The notes beneath the pieces are model-generated. The model made no database searches. It was not told where the DNA came from and saw nothing but the letters and a program-made list of their open reading frames with translations. This document shows, in pieces, positions 25,742-37,652 of a stretch of DNA of 60,000 nucleotides (position 1 is its first letter; each line of letters starts with the position of its first letter). Both the position numbers and the translations under genes were made by a program. Location of the stretch: assembly GCF_037042905.1 (NCBI RefSeq), contig NC_087251.1, positions 9,426,001 through 9,486,000 of the forward strand. Reading direction: 5' to 3'. The DNA comes from Lytechinus pictus (Eukaryota).

Positions 25742-28700
25742 TAAAAGAAATGATGTAAGGTAAAAAACGTGTTTATAACCTTCAGCTAAAACAAAACACG
25801 ATACAAAACTAAAATGTTAAACATGGTAAATCATTCATTTATTTTTATTTCATTTTCATTATAGGCCTAATTATTTTTTGCTGAGATTAATTTTAATCAA
25901 TGAAAATTAATTGTCGGATTTGGGCTAACTAATTGAGATGTGAAACAGTGAAACAAAACAAAAAAGAGTCTGCATTAACAAAATAGCTAATTGAATTTAA
26001 GATACAGATTTGGCCTATAGCTTACGAATCCATCACAATTATTACAAATGAAGATAAGCTAGTTCATTAAAGAAAAGATTATGGAAAGTCCATACGGAGA
26101 GGCGCATTTTGAATCGTAGTGTAGGCCCCTTTCGGCCCCAATGTAATGTTATAAAGCAATAATGTAGTCTCTACTCCTCAACTTTGAAATGTTGAACATA
26201 TATATTTTTTATATTCTTAAACTATATTCTTATATAAGCTTCCATAAATTAAGTGATCAACTTTAAAGATGACCAACGTTTATGATCATTGTAATATTTA
26301 GCATTATTTCTGTAAATAGTATTTTTTCCATTGCGGATTGCACACCTTTTTCTATGTTTTAATTGTTATTTCAAAGCACTACTTTGTCCACTTGGACATG
26401 TTTGCAGCAATTTTCATATTTTCCTTGTCTTCGGTTACTCATCATGCAACTGAGGTATGTTTATACTCTAAACACTCACATTTGTATTTCTTGCGTTATA
26501 TCTGACAAATAAAATAAATAAATTAGATTTTTCACAGGCAGCCTCTCATATTTTCCATTTTAGTCTCATACAATCAGACACTGTTGATTTTGTTTACTCC
26601 ATTCAAACCCTATTTTTACCTCAACAGATAACATATTAACGCATAAGTTGCAAAATCATCATTATATATATATATGTATTAAAATCAGTATATTGAACTT
26701 ATAAAATGTCGAAATTACTTAGTTAAATCAATTTTTATGTCGGACAAGGGTCTCTTTCGTTGAAATATCAATGAAAGGTGTCTCTAAAAGGACACCGTGT
26801 TCTAAATAAGGGAAATAATGAAAATTTAGATTTTATCCAGTTATGTTTGTGAATCTTGAAAGTTTTTTTTCTTTTTACCTCATAAAGTACGCTCCATACA
26901 TCAATTCTACAATCAGTAATAAATAAAACATTATTTGATCCCCTTTTATTGAAATATATGATTTTATGAAAAGTCGTCATTCCGAAATAAAAGGTTCAGG
27001 TGACGATGAAGACTAAATATTTTCCCGATACTATCGATATCAAACGATGTCGCGGACTTGAAAGACAAAATTGCCTTCGTGAAACGGAAAGCGCTGATTT
27101 GTCGCCAATCTTCCTATCTCGGAAGAATGGTCCTAGGACGTTCCTACGTATCGCTCATCTCGTCATGCAACAGGCCCGAGATATCGCTCAACTGTTTCAC
27201 AAAGCCGATTTGGGCGATACGAAGAATTGTCCTTGGAAAGACACCTCCAGACATGTCCTATGTAGGCATGATCTCTTTGGACACCGCCCGCCACCGTCGG
27301 CATTGAGAGAAAATGCGTTTACGGCAAGCCACACTGACATATCACCTTTAAACATTTTGGGGGGTCATTCGATTGCACTCAGATGCATCATCTTGGATGG
27401 GGCATGGATGGCGCCAAGTAACGTGCCGTAACGTGGCTGGCATCAATTTCAAAACAGAGGTCATTTTTCTCCGGGGTAATTAATCTATGCCCAAATATTT
27501 TTTTTTAATATGCTTTCTTTTATTTCCTCACATTTTCTCCACACCCTTTCCATTAAAAAAACAACCAAACTTGAAATATCGAAATGGGCGGCAACCTCTC
27601 TGACCCCCATGCTTTATCATTAGATAAATATTATGAAAAAAATATGTATGGTAAAGAATTAACATGTGTTTATAACGTTCAGCAAAAATGAATAAAATAA
27701 AAGACGATACATAAGTGAGATGTTAATAAACATGCTAAATCATTTCTTTCTTTTTAATTTATTTTCTTTATCATGATTATTTTTTGCTGAGATTGATGTA
27801 AATCAATGAAAATTGTTGAATTGGTGTTAAGGTGATGAATGAAAAAAAATCTGCCGGTAACAAAATAACTAATTGAATTAAAAATATTAGGCCTATAGTT
27901 TATGAATCCATCACAATCATTACAAATAAAGTTAAGTTCATTGTACCTATGATAGACAGGGTTGTGGAAAGTCCATACGAAAGTAAAGGCTCACGTAGGG
28001 TAGGCCATATATCATGTTAAAGCAATGTCTCGACTCCTTAACTTCATGTTGAACATATATCTTTTTTATATTATTGAAGCTTATGTTATTTAAACTTCCA
28101 TAAAGTTATCAGCTTTAAACGTATATGATATCATTGTCATTTTAGCATTGTTTCTGTAAATAGTATTTTTCCCCGTTAAATTGATTTCACATATTTTTCT
28201 ATGTTTTATTATTGTAATGCTACTTTACCCACTTGATATGTTTGCAGCAAGTTTCATTTTGATTGTCCTCTGTTACTTAAACTTAATTTTCATGCAAATG
28301 TATGTTTATACTCTTAACACTCACATTTGTATTTCTTGCGTTATATATATCTGATGAATAAAATAAATAAATTCGATTTTTCACACGCAGCCTCTCATAT
28401 TTTCCCTTATAGTCTCATACAATCAGACACGTTGATTTTGTATACTCCATTCAAACCCCATTTTTCCATCAACAAATAATATTTAAAGCATACTTTGCAA
28501 AATTATCACTTTAGATGAGTATTCTATAAAAGTCCGAATATTGAAATAATATAATGCCGAAATTACTTAGTTACTTCAATTTTTATTTTCGGACAAGGGT
28601 CTCTTTCGTTGGAATATCAATGAAAGGTGTCCTTAATAGAGCACCGTGTTCTAGATAGGGGAAATAATGAAAATTTCGATTTTATCCAGGTATGTTTGTG

Positions 28701-28986
28701 AATCTTCATTTTTTGTTCTCCTTTTACCTCATAAAATAAGCTCCATACATCATTTCTGCTATCGGTAATAAACAACAAATTATTTGATCTCCATTAATTG
28801 AAATAAATGATTTTATGAAAAGTCGTCATTTCGAAATAAAAGGTTCAGGTGACGATGAAGACTAAATATTTTTCCGATAATATCGATATCAAACGATGTC
28901 GCGGACTTGGAAGACAAGATTGCCTTCGTGAAACGGAAAGCGCTGATTTGTCGCCAATCTTCCTATCTCGGAAGAATGGTCCTAGG

Positions 28987-30837
28987 CAGTGGCGTAACAG
29001 GCGGGGGGCAGGGGGGGGGGCAAGCTGCCCCCCCTGGCGGAGCTCACCGGGAAAATTAAAAAAAACGGAAAAAAGAAAAAAAAAGGGGGAAGAAAGGGAA
29101 AGGGAAAGGAAAGAAAAATGGGGAAAGGGGAAAGGGAAAGGAAAGGGAAAACTGAAAGATAACGGGAAAAGGAAGGAAAAAAGAACAAGTGAGAAAGAAC
29201 AATTCGCCCCGATATACAAATACATTAGCATGATTAGTAAGACAGGGAAATAAATTAAAGATGACAAAAAGGCAAACAAAAGCGGGAAATAAAGGCATAA
29301 TGGAATTAGCCAAAATCTGAATTGGAAAATAAAGAATAGGGACAAGATAACGTACACTACCGGGTTGCCGAGGATTGAGATAACGAGCGGGGAGACAAAT
29401 GGATGGTATATAGCATAATGTCGTATGAAAGTCTATCATGAACTTGCTAAATCTCCAAAGGCTCTGTCCAAGAGTCAAGACCCCGTGCAGTGGGGGCTCT
29501 TCATCTGTAACCTTACATGGGTTCTATAACGGGCCCCTATATAATGGACCCTTCCTGCATTAAGCTTTACGTTGAAGCACTGGCGTACCGGGGGGTGGTT
29601 CCACAGCCAAGGGGAAATACAAGAAAATAAAGGAGGCAGCGAAATGGGATGAATGAAAAAAAATATATGACATGATATTTGCTATAATGATGTAAAAATC
29701 TATCACATAATTAGAATTTCCTTTTAACAGGCCATTTTTTTTCTTATAAAATCTTATTATGGTATGGAAAAGTATATATATAAAACAAATCTGAAAGAGA
29801 AGAAATTCATAAAAAGGTGGTCATCTTTTACTTTATTACATTAAGTCTCTCTGATATCATTTTAAAATACATATATATATATATATATCTTGTATGGATT
29901 TTTTCTTTCCTTTGCACTTTGATTTTGCTTTTTTTATACAAATGTTACGACAATTTCATGGAATATTCTATTGTACATATTCAACTTGTGTGTCATATAC
30001 TGTGTTAATTATTCAATCATGTATTGTCAAAATATATGTATTATAGTGATTTCAATAAAGGACCCCTGTGGAAGGCGACTTTTTACAAATTTTCCCACAT
30101 TTGCTATAGTGTGCCCCTCACAATATTTGGATGATTACGATACACAACTGCATTGAATTTATGTGTTGTGTTAAAGCTTTATAAATATACACGCAATTTG
30201 ATTAAAATAAGTGGCCATCTGTAAGGTTTAAAATGGCTTTGATATCAAGAGGTTCCGGGGCTCTGCCCTGGACCCCACCCATAAAGCACTGTTATATGGA
30301 TGAGTTTGGACCATGGCCCCAAAAATTTCTACAACCAAACAAAAAAAAATGAGGAAAAAAAGGAAAGTGTATTATATTTTTCTGAATATCACGTTAAAAT
30401 CTAACTTCATGAAAAGGTGATTTTTTTTTATCTCGCTCGCTTCGCTCGCTCGGGACCTATATTAAGCTACTTCTTGCCAGAAGCGCCATACTCGGCCCCC
30501 TCGAGCATATAGAGCTTCGCCCTGATGCTCACAATCATAACAAAAATCCTGTTCACCGTGGCGTACAAAAAAGAGAGAAAAAGGAAAGAGAGGAGGGTGA
30601 AATATGATATCATCTTTTTAATATGTCAAAATCTATCACAAAATTTGATTTTTGCAATAAAAATGTCAAAAAATTTTGCTCGCTCGCTTCGCTCGCTTGC
30701 TTATATATATATTTGCCCGACACGCCATATCGCCCCCTCAAAATTTTTGCCTTATGACGCCATTGCCTGTTCCATGATATGACCGGGAAATTTTTGGCTC
30801 TTGCCCCCCCTGGCCACCGACCCCTGTTACGCCGCTG
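28987..30837. mobile_element. hAT-type non-autonomous element inserted in the foldback
   Basis: TIR CAGTGGCGTAAC/GTTACGCCGCTG; perfect 8-bp TSD GTCCTAGG; empty site visible in the sister module at ~27130. Confidence 0.9.
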
Positions 30838-30856
30838 GTCCTAGGACGTTCTTACC

Positions 30857-31109
30857 AATCATGCTAATGTATTTGTATATCGGGGCGAATTGTTCTTTCT
30901 CATTTGTTCTTTTTTCCTTCCTTTTCCCGTTATCTTTCCGTTTTCCCTTTCCTTTCCCTTTCCCCTTCCCCTTTCCCCATTTTTCTTTCCTTTCCCTTTC
31001 CTTTCTTCCCCCTTTTTTTCTTTTTCCCGTTTTTTTTTATTTTCCCGGTGAGCTCCGCCAGGGGGGGGCAGCTTGCCCCCCTGCCCCCCCCCCGCCTGTT
31101 ACGCCACTG
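30857..31109. mobile_element. Truncated inverted copy of the left end of the 28987-30837 element
   Basis: Near-identical reverse complement of 28987-29236. Confidence 0.85.
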
Positions 31110-32815
31110 TTGTCCGACATAAAAATTGATTTAACTAAGTAATTTCGACATTTATTAGTTCAATATTCTGTATTTTTATAGAATACTTGTATATAATGAT
31201 AATTTTGCAAATTATGCGTTAATATGTTATTTGTTGAGGTAAATATAGGGTTTGAATGGAGTAAACAAAATCAACAGTGTCTGATTGTATGAGACTAAAA
31301 AGGAAAATATGAGAGGCTGCGTGTGAAAAATCTAATTTATTTATTTTATTTGTCAGATATAACGCAAGAAATACAAATGTGAGTGTTTAGAGTATAAACA
31401 TACCTCAGTTGCATGATGAGTAACATAAGAAAATGAAAATATGAAAATTGCTACAAACATGTCCAAGTGGATAAAGTAGTACTTTGCAATAATAATTAAA
31501 ACATAGCAAAGGTGTGAATCAATCCGCAATGGAAAAAATACTTTTACAGAAATAATGCTAAATATGACAACGATCATAAACGCTGGTCATATTTAAAGAT
31601 GATCACTTAATTTATGGAAGTTTGTATAAGAATATAAGGTTTAAGAAATAACATAAAAAATATATATGTTCAACATTTCAAAGTTAAGGAGTATAGAGAT
31701 TATATGCTATGACATAAGGGCCGAAAGGGGCCTATACCCTAAGATTTAAAATGCGCCTCTTCGTATGGACTTTCCATAATCTTTTCTTGAATGAACTGAT
31801 CTTCATTTGTAATGATTGTGATGGATTCGTAAGCTATAGGCTTAATCTGTATCTTAAATTCAATATTAGCTGCAGGTTTTTTGTTTTGTTTCACTGTTTC
31901 AAATCCAACAATTCATTGATTAAAATAAATCTCAGCAAAAAAAAAATAATTATAATGAAAATAAAATAAAACTAAATAAATGATTTAGCATGTTTAATAT
32001 CTTAGTTTTGTTTGTCTTGTTTTTTTTTTTGCTGAATGTTATTGAACACGTTTTTACCTTTAGTTACATAATTTCTTTTAAAGAAATTTGTTGTTTATCT
32101 ATAATGAGAAAGCATGAGGGGTCGGCTAAAGAGATATAGTGCCGCCCATTTCAAGTATTTCAAGTTTATTTTTTTAATAGAAAAGGGGTGGGGATAAGAC
32201 GGAGGGAGAATAGAAGAAAACATATTAAAAAAAATATTTGGCCCTATACATTACCCTCGGGAATAATACATGTACCCCGGAGAAGTTAAAATGACATCCG
32301 TTTTTGGTCGTCCTGCCGTGCAAAAAGACGACCTGAAATTGATGACAACTAGCCCCCATATAAAAAAATAACTTGGCGCCTTCCCGGATAAAATGCATCA
32401 GAGTGCAACCAAACAAATGTTTAGAGGTGATATGTCAGTGTGGCTTGCCGTAAATGCATTTTCTCTCAATGCCGACGGTGGCGGGCGGTGGACGTGTGCA
32501 AAGAAGATCATGCCTACGTAGGACATGTCTGGAGGTGTCTTTCCAAGGACCATTTTTCGTATCGCCCAAATCGGCTTTGTGAAACAGTTGAGCGATATCT
32601 CGTTCTTACGTAGAATGGTTCTACGAAAGACCCTTTCATACAACAGGCCCCTGCTTGCACTGCAGTCTAGCTAGTCGATCGCGCGCGTACGTAGTGTTAT
32701 AAGGTCTTTGGGCCACCGGCGGCCCGTACTATACTACGTACGTACCGCTACGTACGGTATACGGTACGTACCGTACGTTTATTACTATATTATATATTAG
32801 GCAGAATGGTTTACA

Positions 32816-32829
32816 ATCTCTATAGCAAC
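32816..32829 (+). promoter_or_regulatory. Candidate RFX X-box upstream of the ZC2HC1C-like gene
   Basis: ATCTCTATAGCAAC fits RTHNYY-WT-RRNRAC; lies in a CpG-retaining region ~1.6 kb upstream of the first coding exon. Confidence 0.5.
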
Positions 32830-33194
32830 GGCTCCTATATATGTCTATTTGTAACTACTTTTCTTAACTTTAGAGGGTCTATTTCGTACTAAAAACTAAG
32901 GAAATTTTGAGAGCTTCATGAGTAGTAGACATAGATCTGCTTTTATTACCATCAACTTCTAATTATCCCATGATTGTTCTGTTTTGCTCAGAGGAAACCG
33001 ATGATCTGCACTGAATCGCCAGCAGCACACACAATCACATCACCCGGCTGTCGTGCTGCGGTACGGTTCTGATGCTACCGCTAGACTTCCCCTATTTTGT
33101 TTTTATTTGGTATACTGTTACTGGGCCAGGGAAGGCTACGAGTACGACGTTGTAGCTGGCCGGCTTGCCGCTGTTCTCGTGAAGACGTGAGTAG

Positions 33195-34110
33195 TATATT
33201 ATACAGATATTGCCTAGTAGAGTTTGAAATTGGTAACATTTCCTCTCCCCGACGGAGTTATATTTTTCCCAAGCGGCTTGGCCCAAGGGATTATATTTTG
33301 CCCGAAGCGCGCAGCGCTGAGGGAAAATATTCTCCCGAGGGAAAAAATATAGCTTCGGAGGGGAGTTGAAATGTTATTTATTAAAACGATAGACCAGGCA
33401 ATATCTGTTATATTATATAGTCTATATCATATGGATTCGCCATCAGAGATTGCCTTCAATTTCATCATCTGGCCCCAACCCGAAATTCTTGCTACATGTA
33501 CAGCTCTGATTGGTCTACGTCATAATAGAAAAAAAAATTGGAAAATACATTAAGCGCGTTCTTCATGCAATCGACGCATTAACACTAGCGCGTACATCAA
33601 ATAAACAACATGATTACGCAACTTGTAATCAGCGAGTGACGTCACCTTAGTGAATATAACGCCGCAATTGAAAATACAACGCATTTATATTCACTGAGGT
33701 GACGTCAAAACCTCGAATATACCAAATGCGATCCTCGCAGCTATGATCACGTGATGGCGTATTGACCTATCACTGATTCGAACCTACATAGGCTATGTAA
33801 TATATACAGAGATTGCCTACCTAGAGTTTGAATATAACATTTCCTCTCCCTGACGGAGTTATATTTTTCCCAGGGCCAAGGGCAAGGGATTATATTAATG
33901 TTGCCCGACGCGCTGAGGGAAAATATTCTCCCAAGCCAAGGCCGAGGGAAAAATATAGTTTTGGAGGGGAGTTGAAATGTAATTTATCAAAACGATAGAC
34001 AGGCAATATCTGTTATATTATATAGTCTATATGTGGATTCGCCATCAGAGATTGCCTTCATCTGCATCATCTGGCTCCAACCCGAAATTCTTGCTTCAGC
34101 TCTGATTCTG
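33195..34110. repeat. Two direct copies (~33195-33500, ~33800-34110) of an imperfect palindromic, Crypton-like repeat
   Basis: acagatattgcct...aggcaatatctgt arms around a GC-rich centre (cccgaagcgcgcagcgctgaggg); family assignment is by resemblance only. Confidence 0.6.
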
Positions 34111-34410
34111 AAACCCACAATCCTAGATTCGATCTTACCTACCGGTAATGTTGCCAAACTGTGAAAGTTTATTTCATGGAATTTGACATACCGGTATTTT
34201 GTAAAGTAATCCATTGAGATTTAGATTGCATTCAGTGTTGTAAAGTCAAGATTTAAATGAACTAATGGTCTGGTCATTAAAAGTGTTCCATGACTTTGTG
34301 AAGTGAATAATATGATGTTATCTCCTTGAAAATTATGAAAGTTTGCATTTCTATTACATAAAAATACTGTATGTAAAATACAGCATATAATATCTTCTTT
34401 TTCAGATTTG

Positions 34411-36090
34411 ATGAAAGGACAAGTTATAGGTATGGCCAGTTCTGGATCAGCTGTCAGGTATCCAGGATTTCCAGACAGCATGCGTAGGACAGCTCCTGCC
34501 GGTCATTCCCGCATACCAGTGCCGCAGACTCAAAGACCTGATGCCAACCGTCATGTGAGTGCTCCGCAGCGTTCAAGGCTCCTTGCCATGCAGGATGCCT
34601 ACCAGAAGAAGCTGATGAAAGAAAAGGAAGAAAAAATGTTAGCCATTTACAACAAGCAGCAAGATCAGGCTCTTCAGAAAGTTACCCGCCATGGAAGTAA
34701 AGCTGGTACAGATGAAGGGCAAGGTATTGTGAGAGATTTCTTTAGGGAGCGGAAGCAAATGGAACAATCAAAACATTCAGCTGAAATCATATCAAGAGAT
34801 ATGCATTTCCAAAAGAAACTCCAAGAGAGAAAGAATACAAGTGGTCTCTCAAATACTAATGATGCAAGCAATATTCAAAACAGACAAGCAAAGAAAATTT
34901 CTGATCTTCAGGAGCAAAAACTGTATGAAGAGAGGAAACAACAAGAAATGCTAAATTATAAGAGACAGCAGCAACAGAATCAGATGCAACAGCAACAAAA
35001 ACCTGCCAAAGGTACGATGAGATCCAATCCTCTTGCTCCCATCAAACGTGATTCTGTAAAGATGAAGGTGAATGGCCCTCCATCACCCAGCTATGAAGTC
35101 TATGAAACATCTGGTAATCTTGCATATGATGAAGATGATCATCCAATGAAACCACTATCAAAACCTCAGAAGGTTTCGCATCGTTCCAAGCAAAGAATTG
35201 ATTATGAACATTCTTCACCAAACAATATGAACACTACACATGATTTGCCACCTCAGCCAGCTAAACATTTGAATCGCAAGAAGGTAGCCCCTCCTATCTC
35301 AAAGGAGAAATCTCCAATGAGAGCAAAGAAAGGCAAGAAAAGGGATTTTCAGAAGTGGCAAGAAGAACAAGACTTAGAGAGGCAGGAACGTTTGAAGAAA
35401 TATGAGGATACACACTCTCAACCAAATAATGACTTTACTGTAGACTATGACAGGGAGTTAAAAGATGAGATGGAGTCTGCCAAGAACAGAAGAAAGAAGG
35501 AATATGATGATATGATGGCAAAAGAGCGTGAACTAGAAGCCATGATTGCCAAACATAAACATGATCTTGCCAGAATGTCAATGGATGATGACAGTGATGA
35601 TGAAATGGACTCCTTTCCAGCCCAAAAGAGCAGGCAGCCTGTGAAAAAGCAAACAAAATCCCAGAGTAAAGCCACTTCCCATTATGAGGATGAAGAATCA
35701 TTTACTTATCGTAATGATGGCGATGACTATGAGAGCAGAGCAGGTGAATTTAAATCTAGACAGAAACAGTTATCAAAACCAAAGCGCAAAGCACTGCCAA
35801 GGGACCCAGACCCTGAACCATCCCCTCCACCACCTGCTCCCATGTCACATGATACCAGTCTATATGATCAAGCTATTGATGATGGAGGAGAAGTTATGGA
35901 TTTGAATCTAGTTGAATGTTCAGTATGTGGGAGAAGGTTTGCAGCTGACAGACTGTCCAAGCATAAGTCTGTATGTAAGAATGCATCCAAGAAGAAAAGG
36001 AAGGTATTTGACACTACTCAACATAGGACTCAGGGGACAGAACTTGCTCAATATGTTAAGAAAGGTCAGCACTTGAAGAATGATCCTCCG
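34411..36090 (+). CDS. ZC2HC1C: Zinc finger C2HC domain-containing protein 1C-like, large coding exon
   Basis: ttcag acceptor at 34405, ATG 34411, 560 codons, coiled-coil/low-complexity body, then CSVCGRRFAADRLSKHKSVC...KKRKVFD; donor CCG|gtgagt. Confidence 0.85.
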
Positions 36091-37400
36091 GTGAGTAATA
36101 ACACTCTAGGGGTGAAGTAATTTCATCTATTGAGCATGCTAAAGTTCTTGTGTCATTAGATGTTTTTGAAAATATGTACAATATTCAGTAAAACCATTGG
36201 CAAGAATTACCTTCTGAATTTGATCAGGAGCCATTTCATAAAGATTTACAATAATGGTAACTTTGCAATTATGGCACCTACTAGGAAATTAAGGCTCAAC
36301 AGCCAATCACAATCAATGTTTTGATAGTACAAATAATGGCAAATTACCATACTTGTAAGTCTTTACAAAACAGGCCTAGAGGTCCCAGTTCTATTGCTTG
36401 GTTTTATAAAATGGTGATGTGGATCCCGTTATTTTGATTGATCATTCTTATCTCCAAAATCATGACTGAACATGCATGGTTGGAATGTAGGATATTTTGC
36501 TTTGTGTATGAAAGGGTGTCTCACAAGTAGTTTTTGTAAAGAACATGTATCACACAATGTAAAGTTAAAGTTGGAAAGTAGGATATCTTCTTTTCATAAA
36601 AACTGATTATGAGGTGAATTAAACATGGCCTACATGTACATGTATTTACACAATTTGTTTAATATTTACAGACTTTACCTAAGAAATATTGATTTAAAAA
36701 AATCAATATGAAAATTACCTTTCATTTGTTATGTAAATGTAAAATACTGTACAACTAGGGCAAAAGTATTTCATAATTTTGTAAAATTCTAAATGGCTCA
36801 ATCTAACAAACTTTTGTGATTTAAAAGTGGTATTATGGTGGTGATTTTTACCTGATTGCTAAGAAAGCGTAAATACTTTTAAGCAAGCAATGAAAGGACC
36901 GACAAATTAAGGTCCATCCCGATGGACCTGGTAATGAGAATAAACATTACCACGGTACGGGTGCACCAAGTGGGAATCAAACTCAGATGACTGGAATCTG
37001 AAACCCCCCCTCTACCGACTAAGCTATCACGCCTCCTTAACTGCAATGAATAACTTTCAGTAATTGACTTCTTAATTAATAATTTTAAGAAATATACACA
37101 AAATTTAGTATTACTGAATTTGAATATTACTGATTTTAATTTAATTTTAAATCAAATTTATTGAACGTAGTTTCCTTAAAACTAGTTCATTTTCCTGACA
37201 AATGCTTGCTTTTATTCTGGTCCTGTGCATTCTGTAATGATCATCATACATGTAGGTTTAATTTCAAATAGACTTTTCTCATTGTTGATGGTCAAAGATC
37301 AAATGCATTCATATGTTGGTGTGTGGGTCCCCTTCCCCCTAGAGGATTGATAGACATCTTATGTCATATTTGCTTGTTTTATGTTTGTTCTCTGCTGCAG

Positions 37401-37652
37401 GCAAAGCCATCAAATTGGAAACGTAAACATGAGGACTTTGTACGATCAATACGAGATGCTCGTGAGACACAGGCATACGTTGCTAAAGGGGGCAAGCTAT
37501 CTGATCTTCCTCCACCTCCCCCATCAGAAAACCCAGACTACAAACAATGCCCCTATTGTGCACGCAAGTTTAATCAAACTGCAGCTGAAAGGCATATTCC
37601 TCATTGCAAAAATACCAAGAGTAGACCCAAGCCACCCCCTCGCAAGAAATAA
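37401..37652 (+). CDS. ZC2HC1C: ZC2HC1C-like, terminal coding exon
   Basis: tgcag|AKPSNWKRKHEDFVRSIR...PPPPSENPDYKQCPYCARKFNQTAAERHIPHC; phase 0 join; TAA at 37650-37652. Confidence 0.88.
   Translation, partial: AKPSNWKRKHEDFVRSIRDARETQAYVAKGGKLSDLPPPPPSENPDYKQCPYCARKFNQTAAERHIPHCKNTKSRPKPPPRKK

Larger units (their letters stand above)
24391..32653. mobile_element. 8.3-kb non-coding foldback element with ~1.55-kb inverted arms and internal tandem modules
   Basis: CAGGGGCCTGTTG at 24391 and CAACAGGCCCCTG at 32653; 24391-26747 (minus an insertion) is the diverged reverse complement of 31110-32653; module repeated directly at ~27175-28595. Confidence 0.85.
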
